Below are positions 1 through 9,243 of a DNA stretch of 64,000 bases, piece by piece. The number at the start of each line of letters is the position of its first letter. Position 1 is the first letter of the stretch. Both the position numbers and the translations under genes were made by a program. Under the pieces are notes generated by a model. The model was not told where the DNA came from, did not search any database, and was given only the letters and a program-made list of their open reading frames with translations. This stretch comes from Sinimarinibacterium sp. (GTDB lineage: Bacteria > Pseudomonadota > Gammaproteobacteria > Nevskiales > Nevskiaceae). The stretch spans positions 138 to 64,137 of the forward strand of contig JBAZXW010000012.1 of assembly GCA_041659605.1 (NCBI GenBank), written 5' to 3'.

Positions 1-420
1 GCTCTTGGCTTCGAGGAAGCGGAAGAACCCATCGTGACCTGCCTCGTCGCGCGCGAAGCGCAAGGCAAAATGGCCGGCGACGACGGTGTCTCCCGATGCC
101 TCCGCGTGCAGCGCGACCAGCGCGTCGCGCAGCAGGCCGGGGTCTTCAAGCTGGGAATCGGCGTGCAGAAACAGCAACCACTCGCCGCTGGCGGTGCGCG
201 CGCCGGCGTTCATCTGCCAGCCGCGACCGCGACCGCAATCGATCACGGTGGTCCCGCGCGCGCGCGCCAGTTCCACGGTGCCGTCGTCGGAACCGCCGTC
301 GGCAATCACGCATTCGAGGTCGATGCCCTGCTGGGCGCGCAGCGCGTCGAGCAGCGCCGGCAGCGCCTCGCGCTCGTTGAGCGTCGGGATGATGACGGAC
401 AGTCGGCCGGCGACGCTCAC
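1..420 (-). CDS. GT2 glycosyltransferase, TIGR04283-like (partial, runs off window start)
   Basis: Manual translation from GTG at 420: LSVIIPTLNERE...ADGGSDDGT...GRGWQMNAGA...WLLFLHADS; GTGA overlap with the stop of the upstream gene. Confidence 0.85.
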   Translation of the reverse strand, partial: MSVAGRLSVIIPTLNEREALPALLDALRAQQGIDLECVIADGGSDDGTVELARARGTTVIDCGRGRGWQMNAGARTASGEWLLFLHADSQLEDPGLLRDALVALHAEASGDTVVAGHFALRFARDEAGHDGFFRFLEAKS

Positions 421-1478
421 TGCAGAGGCGCGATCCACGCCGCGCGCAGGCCGCGGCGCGCGCGGATCGCCTGGATGGCCGGCGCCGCGTCGCTCTTGCT
501 CGGGTACTGTCCGCTGACCACGCGATAAGTGAGCCCGCCTTCATCACGCGCGACCTTCATCAGGCGCGCATCGAGGCCGGCGGCGCGCAGGCGTGCCGCC
601 TCCTTCTCGGCGGCGGCCTCCTCCGGCAGCGAGGCGAGCACGATGGTCCAGTCGCCGATCCCTTCGTCCGGCGCCGAGACCAGGGGCGCTGCCGGCTCCG
701 CGACCGGCTCCGCAGTCAGCGCCGCAGCCGGCGCAGAGGACGCCGCGTTGGGCACCGGCTCCAGGCCCTGCTCAGGCCGGGAGCGGGCGCCGGCTTCCGC
801 GTCCGGCCGCGGCTCGGTCGCGGCCATCGACGCCACCCACTGCATCGTCGGGTCGCCGGGGAATGCGGTCAGATTGAGGCGAGGCGCCATCGCACTGGCG
901 GAATTCGCGTTCTGCTCCAGCAGCCCCGACGCGGCGGCACGCAAGCAATATCCGGGCTCGTCCAGGCGGCGCGAGCCGAACGGCCCCTGCAGCTCGATTG
1001 CGCCGGACAGCAGGCAGACCTCCTCGACGTCGTTGCTGCGCTCGATCCAGATTTCCGCGCCGAACACGCGCAACCTGAGCGCCCCCATGTTGATCCGCAG
1101 ATCGGCCGGCGGAAGCTGCTGTTGCGAGCGCGCATTGATGCGCGCGGTGCCGTACTCCAGGATCAGCCGTGCGAGCCCGCTGCGCGCCGGCAGATCCTCG
1201 GCTTCGATGCTGTGCACGTACAGCGCGGACTCGACGCCCAGCGTGAGCGCACCGACCGGCGGCAGGTGCAGGACGATATGACCGTCCGCGCCGGTGCGGA
1301 CGCGATCGCCGGCCACGACCGGCTCGGCGACGCGCAGGCTGGCGCTCGCCTGCTCCGATTCGCGTGTCGCGCTGCCGTCCAGACGCACGACGTCGAAGCG
1401 CCGATCCTCGGCCTGCGCCGTCACGGCCGCCAGCAGTGCAAGCCCGGCGGCTGTGCGCGCAGATGCTCCGGCAATCAT
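417..1478 (-). CDS. Secreted FecR-domain protein with C-terminal SPOR domain
   Basis: C-terminal 353 aa of ORF 417..3662; signal-like N-terminus, FecR-like GDRVRTGADG...LTLGVES, Pro/Ala linker, SPOR-like WTIVLASL...YRVVSGQYPSKSDA; start at ATG 1478 chosen by eye. Confidence 0.75.
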   Translation of the reverse strand: MIAGASARTAAGLALLAAVTAQAEDRRFDVVRLDGSATRESEQASASLRVAEPVVAGDRVRTGADGHIVLHLPPVGALTLGVESALYVHSIEAEDLPARSGLARLILEYGTARINARSQQQLPPADLRINMGALRLRVFGAEIWIERSNDVEEVCLLSGAIELQGPFGSRRLDEPGYCLRAAASGLLEQNANSASAMAPRLNLTAFPGDPTMQWVASMAATEPRPDAEAGARSRPEQGLEPVPNAASSAPAAALTAEPVAEPAAPLVSAPDEGIGDWTIVLASLPEEAAAEKEAARLRAAGLDARLMKVARDEGGLTYRVVSGQYPSKSDAAPAIQAIRARRGLRAAWIAPLQ

Positions 1479-1706
1479 CACGAGCTTGGCCCCCGCAGTT
1501 CGGCAGTCCGCCTGCCGTCGGCCGCAAGCGTATGTCGAAAGCGCGCCACTGTCAGCCCGGGCTCGATCAAACGCTCTCTGGTTTTTTGCGGCCTGCTTCA
1601 ATACGATGGCGCCGCGGATACGACCGCCGTCCGTTTCCATGCCAGAACCATCCGAACCTCCCCAAGTTGAAGTGAATGTCGGCGGACTCCGATCCGCCGC
1701 AGCCGC

Positions 1707-3167
1707 ATGAGCGGCATCGTCGTCGTCGACCAGCGTTCCGACTGGCCGGTGGACATTCCCGGCATCGAGGTCGTGACCGCGTGGGACTATCTCACGCAGG
1801 AGCTGCACACGCGCGCGCGGCGTGTGCGCGTCTACAACCTGTGCCGCTCGTTCGCCTACCAGTCCAGCGGCTACTACGTGTCGCTGCTCGCCAGTGCACG
1901 CGGGCACAAGCCGCTGCCGGAAATCACGACGATCCAGGACCTCAAGCTCGCGGAGTCGCCGAGCATCATCAACGACGAGGTCGAGGAGCTGATCCAGCAT
2001 TCGCTGGCGCGCATCGGCTCGGCCGAGTACGTGATGAACGTCTACTTCGGCGAAAGCCTGGCCAAGCGCCACGAACGCCTCGCCCGCGCGCTGTTCAACC
2101 AGTTCCCGGCGCCGCTGCTGCAGGCCAAGTTCGTCTATCGCGGCGAGGAATGGCGTGTCGAGTCCCTGGGGCCGATCGCCCTGGGCGAGGTGCCGGCTTC
2201 GCACCACGAAGTGCTGTACGAGGCCGCGCGCGACTACTTCGCGCTCAAGCGTTCGCCGCGGCGCCGGCGCGAGCCCTCGCGCTACGACCTGGCGATTCTC
2301 GTGAACGACGATGAGAAGGAGCCGCCGTCGAACGCGCGCGCGCTCAAGCTGTTCGAGAAGTCCGCCGAGGATCTGGGCTTCGATGTCGAGTTCATCGACA
2401 AGAGCGATTACGGTCACGTCGCCGAGTTCGACGCGCTGTTCATCCGCGAGACCACCGCGGTCAACCATCACACCTACCGCTTTGCGCGGCGGGCGGCGCG
2501 TGAAGGCCTGGTCGTCGTCGATGACCCGCTGTCGATCCTGCGTGCGGCGAACAAGGTGTTCCTCGCCCAGCTGATGGAGCGTCATCGCATCCCGCAGCCG
2601 AAGACCATGCTGATCCACTCGCGCAACGTCAAGCAGGTCGCGACCGAGCTGGGCTTCCCGTGCGTGCTCAAGCAGCCGGACTCGCAGTTCTCCAAGGGCG
2701 TGATCAAGGTCGAGAGTGCGGCCGAGCTCAAGGCCAAAGCCAGCGACATGCTGGAGCGCTCGGACCTGATCATCGGCCAGAGCTTCGAGCCGACCGATTA
2801 CGACTGGCGTGTCGGCGTGCTCGACGGCCAGCCGCTCTACGCCTGCCGCTACTTCATGGCCAAGGACCACTGGCAGGTGGTCAAGCGCGCCGGCAACGGC
2901 GCCAAGGAAGAGGGCAATCACGAAACCCTTGCGGTCGAGGACGTGCCGGCGCCGGTGCTCAACACCGCCGTGCAGGCGGCGCGCGCGGTCGGCAACGGCC
3001 TCTACGGCGTCGACCTCAAGCAGTTCGGCAAGGTCGTCAAGGTCATCGAGGTCAACGACAACCCGAACGTCGATTACGGCGTCGAGGATCTGGTGCTCAA
3101 GGAAGCGTTGTACCGGCGCATCATGGAGTACTTCATCAAGCGCCTCGAAGCGCGCACGCGCACGTGA
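1707..3167 (+). CDS. RimK-family ATP-grasp ligase with N-terminal RLAN domain
   Basis: VYNLCRSFAYQSSGYYVSLLASARGH N-domain; ATP-grasp motifs VLKQPDSQFSKGVIK, YDWRVGVLDG, YGVDLKQ, IEVNDNPN. Confidence 0.9.
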   Translation: MSGIVVVDQRSDWPVDIPGIEVVTAWDYLTQELHTRARRVRVYNLCRSFAYQSSGYYVSLLASARGHKPLPEITTIQDLKLAESPSIINDEVEELIQHSLARIGSAEYVMNVYFGESLAKRHERLARALFNQFPAPLLQAKFVYRGEEWRVESLGPIALGEVPASHHEVLYEAARDYFALKRSPRRRREPSRYDLAILVNDDEKEPPSNARALKLFEKSAEDLGFDVEFIDKSDYGHVAEFDALFIRETTAVNHHTYRFARRAAREGLVVVDDPLSILRAANKVFLAQLMERHRIPQPKTMLIHSRNVKQVATELGFPCVLKQPDSQFSKGVIKVESAAELKAKASDMLERSDLIIGQSFEPTDYDWRVGVLDGQPLYACRYFMAKDHWQVVKRAGNGAKEEGNHETLAVEDVPAPVLNTAVQAARAVGNGLYGVDLKQFGKVVKVIEVNDNPNVDYGVEDLVLKEALYRRIMEYFIKRLEARTRT

Positions 3168-3628
3168 GCCGCCGGGCGCCGGGCGCGGTGCGGATCCGTC
3201 GCGCGCGCCCGGCCGATGCCGCGGCGATTCTGGCGCTGGAGGATGCGTTTCCGTCCGACCGCATGTCGGCGCGCAGCGTGCGTCGCTTCCTGTCCGCAGC
3301 GACGGCGCGCGCGGTGATCGCCGATCGGGATGGCGCGGTCGCCGGTGCGCTGATTCTGTTGTTGCGGCGCAACAGCCGGTGGGGGCGGATCTATTCGGTG
3401 GTCGTCGACCCGCGCCATCGCGGCCTGGGTCTTGGCCGGCGGCTGGTCGAGGCCGCCGAAACGCTGGCGCGGCGCGAAGGCTGCACCGGCGTCGGCCTGG
3501 AAGTCCGCGCCGACAACGATCCTGCGCGCAAGCTCTATCGTTCGCTGGGCTATGCCGAGGCCGCCGCGCTGCCGGCTTACTACCAGGATGGTGCGCCGGG
3601 CATCCGCCTGCGCAAGCCGTTCGGCTGA
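3164..3628 (+). CDS. GNAT family N-acetyltransferase (RimI-like)
   Basis: GTG overlapping the RimK stop (GTGA); RIYSVVVDPRHRGLGLGRRL acetyl-CoA motif, LEVRADN, LYRSLGY. Confidence 0.88.
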   Translation: MSRRAPGAVRIRRARPADAAAILALEDAFPSDRMSARSVRRFLSAATARAVIADRDGAVAGALILLLRRNSRWGRIYSVVVDPRHRGLGLGRRLVEAAETLARREGCTGVGLEVRADNDPARKLYRSLGYAEAAALPAYYQDGAPGIRLRKPFG

Positions 3629-3701
3629 AGTGTGCGAATTTGCCGCTAGATGGATGCGGCAAACTGATCTATCGTAGTCTCCTGCTTGGAGGAGAATAAC
3701 G

Positions 3702-5054
3702 ATGAAACATGCATTGCCGATCGCGGCGGTTCTGATGTTCGTGGCTCTGCCGCTGGCCGCGAAGGTCAGCCCCGAAGAGGCCGACCGCCTCAAGACCACG
3801 CTGACGCCGATGGGCGGAGAGCGCGCCGGCAACAAGGACGGCAGCATTCCGGAGTGGAGCGGCGGTTTCGCGACGTCGCCGTCGTGCTACCAGGGCCTGG
3901 GCACCCGCTACTGCGATCCGTTCCCCGAAGACAAGCCGCAGTTCACGATCACGGGGCAGAACTACAAGCAGTACGCGGACAAGCTCGGCGACGGCCAGAA
4001 GGCCATGTTCGAGAAGTTCCCGGCGTCCTACAAGATGCCGGTGTTCCAGACGCGGCGGACGGCGGTGTATCCGGACTTCGTCAACGAGGCGACCCACAAG
4101 AACGCGCTGGAAGCTGAGCTCGGCGGCGGCGGCGAGGCGCTGGTCAACGCAATCGTCGGCGTGCCGTTCCCGATTCCCAAGTCGGGCGTCGAGCCGGTGT
4201 GGAACCACAAGGTGCGCTATCGCGGCCAGAGCGGCCGCCGCTGGAACAACCAGGCGGCGGTGACGAGCAGCGGCGACTTCAACCTGGTGACGCTGCGCGA
4301 GGACGTGTTCTTCCCGTACTCACAGAAGGACGCGACGCCGGATGGGCTCGACAACGTCATCATCTACTTCCTGCAGATCGTCACGCAGCCGCCGCGCCTG
4401 GCCGGCACGATCACGCTGGTTCACGAGACGATGGACCAGGTCAAGGAACCGCGCCGCGCCTGGCAGTACAACCCCGGGCAGCGCCGCCTGCGCCGCGCCC
4501 CCAACGTCGCCTACGACAATCCGGGCACCGGTGCCGACGGCCTGCGCACCAACGACCAGACCGACACCTTCAACGGCGCCACCGACCGGTACACCTGGAA
4601 GATCGTCGGCAAGAAGGAGATGTACATCCCGTACAGCTCGTACCGGATCCACAGCGACCAGTACAAGTACAAGGACATCATCCAGAAGGGACACATCAAC
4701 CAGGATCTGACGCGCTACGAGCTGCACCGCGTGTGGATCGTCGAAGGCGAGGTCAAGCCGACGACGACGCACATCTACGCCAAGCGTCGTTTCTACCTCG
4801 ACGAGGACACCTGGCAGATCGCGCTGGTCGATATCCACGACCGCCGCGGCGCGATGTGGCGCTGGCAGGAGGCGCATCAGTTCCAGGCCTACGACCAGCC
4901 GTTCCCGGGCATCGCGATCGAGACGATCTATGACCTGCAGAACAACCGCTACCTGGCGCAGGTGATGAACAACGAGGATCCGGAAACCAAGGAGATGCCG
5001 TTCGTGCCGTCGTACTACGATCCGTCCAACGTGCAGAAGCAGGCGACGAAGTAG
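3702..5054 (+). CDS. DUF1329 family periplasmic/outer-membrane protein
   Basis: Signal peptide; LTPMGGERAGNKDGSIPEW, AWQYNPGQRRLRRAP, YAKRRFYLDEDTW typical of DUF1329; GGAGGA RBS. Confidence 0.88.
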   Translation: MKHALPIAAVLMFVALPLAAKVSPEEADRLKTTLTPMGGERAGNKDGSIPEWSGGFATSPSCYQGLGTRYCDPFPEDKPQFTITGQNYKQYADKLGDGQKAMFEKFPASYKMPVFQTRRTAVYPDFVNEATHKNALEAELGGGGEALVNAIVGVPFPIPKSGVEPVWNHKVRYRGQSGRRWNNQAAVTSSGDFNLVTLREDVFFPYSQKDATPDGLDNVIIYFLQIVTQPPRLAGTITLVHETMDQVKEPRRAWQYNPGQRRLRRAPNVAYDNPGTGADGLRTNDQTDTFNGATDRYTWKIVGKKEMYIPYSSYRIHSDQYKYKDIIQKGHINQDLTRYELHRVWIVEGEVKPTTTHIYAKRRFYLDEDTWQIALVDIHDRRGAMWRWQEAHQFQAYDQPFPGIAIETIYDLQNNRYLAQVMNNEDPETKEMPFVPSYYDPSNVQKQATK

Positions 5055-5061
5055 CAACGGC

Positions 5062-5094
5062 GCAGGGTGGGCTGAGCCGCAGGCGAAGCCCACC
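5062..5094. repeat. REP-like palindrome, family A (copy 1)
   Basis: GCAGGGTGGGCTGAGCCGCAGGCGAAGCCCACC, hairpin-forming and similar to 52482..52512. Confidence 0.7.
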
Positions 5095-5111
5095 GTTGGC
5101 GCTCACAAACG

Positions 5112-5139
5112 AAAAAGGCCGGCGAAAGCCGGCCTTTTT
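5112..5139. terminator. Bidirectional intrinsic terminator
   Basis: AAAAAGGCCGGCGAAAGCCGGCCTTTTT between convergent genes. Confidence 0.9.
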
Positions 5140-5157
5140 CTACTGCGGTGCAGCGCG

Positions 5158-5898
5158 TTACTTCTTCGCGTCCTTCTTGGCGTCCGCCTTCTCGACCGAG
5201 ATCAGCTCGACTTCGAAGACCAGCGCTTCGTTGGGGCCGATCTTCACGCCGGCGCCGCGCTCGCCGTAGGCGAGGTTCGACGGGATGTAGAACTTGTACT
5301 TCGCACCCGGCGTCATCAGCTGCACGCCCTCGGTCCAGCCCGGGATCACGTTGGCGAGCGGGAAGGTCACCGGCTGGCCGCGCGAGTAGGAGCTGTCGAA
5401 CTCCTCGCCGCTGATCAGCGTGCCCTTGTAGTGCACAGTGACGCGGTCTTCGGCGGTCGGCTTGTCGCCCTTGCCTTCGGTCATCACTTCGTACTGCAGG
5501 CCCGAAGCGGTGGTCTTCACGCCTTCCTTCTTGCCGTTCTCGGCGAGGAAGGCCTCGCCTTCCGCCTTGGCCTTGTCGGCCTGCGCGGCGCGCTCGGCCT
5601 TCTGGCGCTCCTGCATCTTCTTGGCGACGGTGTTCTTGATCTCTTCGCGCGCGGCGTCGTCGAGCTTGGGCGTGGTGCCCGCGAAGGCGTCGTCGAGGCC
5701 GGCCTTGAGCGCGGCGATGTCGACGTCGTCCTTGACCGGCTGCAGCGACTTGCCGAGATCGACGCCGATCGCGTAGCCGAATTTCTGTCCGTCGGTGTCC
5801 AGCGTCGCCGGGGCGACCGGCTCCTGACCCTGCTTCGTGCAACCTGCCATCAGCGCCAGCGCAAGCGCGGTCGCCGTCAACTTGAATGACTTGTTCAT
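5158..5898 (-). CDS. fkpA: FKBP-type peptidyl-prolyl isomerase with N-terminal dimerisation domain (FkpA/Mip-like lipoprotein)
   Basis: Start MNKSFK at 5898; lipobox-like LMAGC; GYAIGVDLG N-domain; VTVHYKGTL, FDSSY, VIPGWTEG, YGERG motifs. Confidence 0.9.
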   Translation of the reverse strand: MNKSFKLTATALALALMAGCTKQGQEPVAPATLDTDGQKFGYAIGVDLGKSLQPVKDDVDIAALKAGLDDAFAGTTPKLDDAAREEIKNTVAKKMQERQKAERAAQADKAKAEGEAFLAENGKKEGVKTTASGLQYEVMTEGKGDKPTAEDRVTVHYKGTLISGEEFDSSYSRGQPVTFPLANVIPGWTEGVQLMTPGAKYKFYIPSNLAYGERGAGVKIGPNEALVFEVELISVEKADAKKDAKK

Positions 5899-5995
5899 GA
5901 CTCCCCGGGGATACGAAAAAAGGGGCTCAACGCCCCAGCCGGCGCCGATTATAGCGCGCGCCCGGATACTGACCAGACCGCCGTTCAGGCGGCGG

Positions 5996-8506
5996 TCAGG
6001 AACCGTCCGCGGCCTTGACTGCCTCCGGTTGCTTGCGGCGCGACAGCAGCTGCAGCAGCATCTGCCGCGATTCGTCGGAGAGCAGTTCCTGCGAGCGTTC
6101 GGCGATACGGTCGATGCGCGCATCGACGGTCAGCCCGCGCTCGCCGGTCTCGGCGACCAGGCCGATCTCGATCAGCGTGTTCAGGTAGCCGCGGAACAGC
6201 GCCTTGTCGAAGAACTCCGGCGCGTCGCGCCCGGTCAGGATCGCCATGCGCTCGGCGAGCAGGCGGCAGTCCTCCTCGAAGCGCTCGCGCTGCAGATCCT
6301 GCTGACTGCGACGCTCTTCCGCGAGCAGCAGCGCGGTCATGCAGTAGCGCTCCAGCGTTTCGCCGAGCACGCGGCTGAGCATCGCCAGGGTCGAATAAGC
6401 CGGCTGACCGGCATCGGGTCGGCGCAGGCGCTCGCCTTCGCGGGTCAGCAGGCCGAGCTGCACCATCACTTCCAGCCAGCGCCGCGTCACCGCTTCGGTC
6501 TCATCCAGGCTCCAGCGCAGGAAGAACTCGGTGCGCAGGAACGGATACAGCGCGCGCACGCCGGTGACGATGACTTCGTCGGACAGCAGCAGGCGCGTGC
6601 GGAAGAAGTTGGCGATCAGCGACGGGATCGCGAACAGGTGCTGGATGTTATTGCGGTTGTAGGTCAGCGCGACGGCATCGCGCGCGGCGATGCCGTACAA
6701 ATCGCCCCAGGGATGCGGCACGCGCACGACGCGCGCGATCGCCGCGCTGATGTCGACGATCGCGCGCGGCGCTGTTTCGGGGATGTGCTGGTGCTCGCCA
6801 TAAGGGTTGCCCTTGAGCAGCCAGACCAGATGGCCGATCTGCTCGACCAGTTCATCCTCGGAGACGACGCGCTCCGGCGCCGACAGCAGGGCGAGCGCGG
6901 CAAAGCCGGTCGGATTGGCGACGGCGGCGGCGTTGATGCGCCGCGCGTTTTCCAGCGCCAGATCGGCGACGAAACGCTTGAAGCCCTCGGGCAATGCGCG
7001 CTCGTCGTCTGCTGCGCCGAAGTGCGCGCGCCAGTCCGGCAGGTTGCGGTCGGCGTAGTCCTGCAACTGGATCGGCTCGCCGAAATTGATGTAGGCCTTG
7101 CCGTAGGAGCGGCCGAGAATCTTGCCGGCCTTGAGCAAGCCCTCGGCCGATTCCTTCTGCTTCTTGGCGCCGCGCAGTTCCTTGGAATAGCTGCCGACTT
7201 CCCAGCAGCGGTCGTAACCGATGAACACCGGCACCAGCAGCACCTTGCGCGTGCTCTGCTTGAGCCCCGCTTCGATCACCATCGACAGCAGGCCGGTCTT
7301 GGGCGCGAGCAGGCGGCCGGTGCGGCTGCGCCCGCCTTCGGGAAAGAACTCGATCGAGTAGCCGCGCTGGATCAGCGAGTCGACGTAGGCGCGGAACACC
7401 GCGGTGTAGATGCGGTCGCCGGAAAAGCTGCGGCGCATGTAGAACGCGCCGCAGCGGCGCAGCAACCCGCCGACCGGCCAGAAGTTCAGGTTCACGCCAG
7501 CGGCGATGTGCGGCGGCACCAGGCCGGCGTGGTACAGCGAGTACGACACCAGCAGGTAGTCCGCATGCGAGCGGTGCGAGGGCATGTAGATGATCTCGTA
7601 CTGCTGCGCCCACTCGCGCACGCGGTCGAGACCGCGCACGTCGATGCCCGAGAACACGCGCTTGAAGACGATCAGGTTGAGGAAGCGTTCGAGGAAGCGC
7701 AGGCTCGCGGTCGAATAGTCGGCGGCGATCTCCTCGGCGCACTTGCGCGCATGGGCGCGCGTTTTTTCCAGTGACTGCCCCGACCCGGACTGGCGATTGC
7801 CAGTCTCCTGTTCGATCGCGCGCGTCACTCCCGGCGCGGCAAGCAGCGACTCGATGACCACGTGGCGGCGCAGCAGCGTCGGTCCCAGCGCCGCGGTACG
7901 CGCGCGCAGGAAGTGGAAGTGCAGCGCGCGCGTGAGCTTGCGGATCGCGGTGGTCGCGTCCGGGCCCCTGTCCATCTGCTCGCGGAACGACAGCGGCAGG
8001 CCGAAGTTGGCGAACACGTTGCGGCCGTGCGCCAGCATGATGAAGAACTTGCGCAGGCGGCCAGCCTGGATGCTGTCGGCGAAAATCAGCTTGAACCAGC
8101 TGGTCTCCGAGCCGGGATCGCGACCCCAGAAGATCGACACCGGGACGATCTGGGCCTCGAACGAATGGGTGGCGACGCCGGTTTCGATCAAGCGCAGCAG
8201 GTCGGAGTTGCGCACCCGCGTTTCCAGCAGCGCCGGCATGTAGACCACGCCGGCGCGCTCCGGCGTCGGGAAATTCGAACCGGTGCGGCTGGGCGGCGGC
8301 AGACCGAGCTCCTTGCAGATGCGGTCGAGCACGAAGTAGTCGACCCACGACCGGTTCGACAGCACGTAGACGACCGGCTTGGCGGGATCGAGCTTGAGCC
8401 CGTCCAGCAGCGGATACGGCGCAGTGCGGTAGATGATCGAACGGCCGAACGGCCGGAACAGCCACCACACGAGTTCGTACAGGACCCGGTTCAGCAACGC
8501 GCGCAT
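5996..8506 (-). CDS. plsB: Glycerol-3-phosphate 1-O-acyltransferase
   Basis: HRSHADY (HX4D), HIAAGVNL, FFPEGGRSRTG acyltransferase motifs; 836 aa. Confidence 0.95.
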   Translation of the reverse strand: MRALLNRVLYELVWWLFRPFGRSIIYRTAPYPLLDGLKLDPAKPVVYVLSNRSWVDYFVLDRICKELGLPPPSRTGSNFPTPERAGVVYMPALLETRVRNSDLLRLIETGVATHSFEAQIVPVSIFWGRDPGSETSWFKLIFADSIQAGRLRKFFIMLAHGRNVFANFGLPLSFREQMDRGPDATTAIRKLTRALHFHFLRARTAALGPTLLRRHVVIESLLAAPGVTRAIEQETGNRQSGSGQSLEKTRAHARKCAEEIAADYSTASLRFLERFLNLIVFKRVFSGIDVRGLDRVREWAQQYEIIYMPSHRSHADYLLVSYSLYHAGLVPPHIAAGVNLNFWPVGGLLRRCGAFYMRRSFSGDRIYTAVFRAYVDSLIQRGYSIEFFPEGGRSRTGRLLAPKTGLLSMVIEAGLKQSTRKVLLVPVFIGYDRCWEVGSYSKELRGAKKQKESAEGLLKAGKILGRSYGKAYINFGEPIQLQDYADRNLPDWRAHFGAADDERALPEGFKRFVADLALENARRINAAAVANPTGFAALALLSAPERVVSEDELVEQIGHLVWLLKGNPYGEHQHIPETAPRAIVDISAAIARVVRVPHPWGDLYGIAARDAVALTYNRNNIQHLFAIPSLIANFFRTRLLLSDEVIVTGVRALYPFLRTEFFLRWSLDETEAVTRRWLEVMVQLGLLTREGERLRRPDAGQPAYSTLAMLSRVLGETLERYCMTALLLAEERRSQQDLQRERFEEDCRLLAERMAILTGRDAPEFFDKALFRGYLNTLIEIGLVAETGERGLTVDARIDRIAERSQELLSDESRQMLLQLLSRRKQPEAVKAADGS

Positions 8507-8632
8507 GAGTCTCCCGATGTTCGGCCCTCCGCGCAGTTACGCGGACCCCAACGTCCGGGTTGATGTAACGCCCCCGGTCGGGCCAATGATCTGTTTCAAT
8601 GCCGGCAGTGTAACCCACGACTTGTGACGATC

Positions 8633-9124
8633 ATGACCGACGGCGCCCCTTCTGCCGCGCCCATCGATGCCGCGCGCGTCCGCGAAGTGCGCCGCCGCGC
8701 CGAAGCCCTGTCGCGCCTGCTCGATACCGCGTTTCGCATTCCCGGGACGCGAATCCGCTTCGGCATCGACGCATTGATCGGCCTGATTCCGGGCATCGGT
8801 GACGCTGCCGGCATCATCCTGGGGGGCTGGTTTCTGCTCGAAGGGCTGCGGACCGGCGCGCCGTCCGGCGTGCTGGCACGTATGGCCGCCAACATCGCCG
8901 TTGATGCGCTCGCAGGCTTCGTGCCGGTGCTCGGCGATGCCGTCGATGTCGCGTTCAAGGCCAATCGCCGCAACGCGCGGCTGCTCGAGGCGCATCTGGA
9001 CCGCCTCGAAGGCCGCACGCCGGAGCCGCGGAGTTGGAGCGATTACGCGCTGGGCGCGGCCATCGTCATCGGCGCCGGCCTGGCCCTGTATGGTGGCTGG
9101 AACCTGCTCGCCCGCCTGTTTTGA
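8633..9124 (+). CDS. DUF4112 domain membrane protein
   Basis: LLDTAFRIPGTRIRFGIDALIGLIPGIGD...VPVLGDAVDVAFKANRRN. Confidence 0.88.
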   Translation: MTDGAPSAAPIDAARVREVRRRAEALSRLLDTAFRIPGTRIRFGIDALIGLIPGIGDAAGIILGGWFLLEGLRTGAPSGVLARMAANIAVDALAGFVPVLGDAVDVAFKANRRNARLLEAHLDRLEGRTPEPRSWSDYALGAAIVIGAGLALYGGWNLLARLF

Positions 9125-9243
9125 AAGTCGGGGCCATGGATGGCTCCGACTTGCACAGGACGTGCATGCTGAGGGAATACACCCATGCAGGCTTTCCCGC
9201 GCGGCGGGCATAGTGCCGCCGCCGTCACACGACCGGAAACACA

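Noticed and set aside
1479-3662. N-terminal 730 aa of the 1081-aa ORF 417..3662
   Set aside because: Antisense shadow of the RimK/GNAT genes; only the part from 1478 has recognisable domains
5837-7774. 645-aa plus-strand ORF
   Set aside because: Antisense to plsB; typical high-GC shadow ORF
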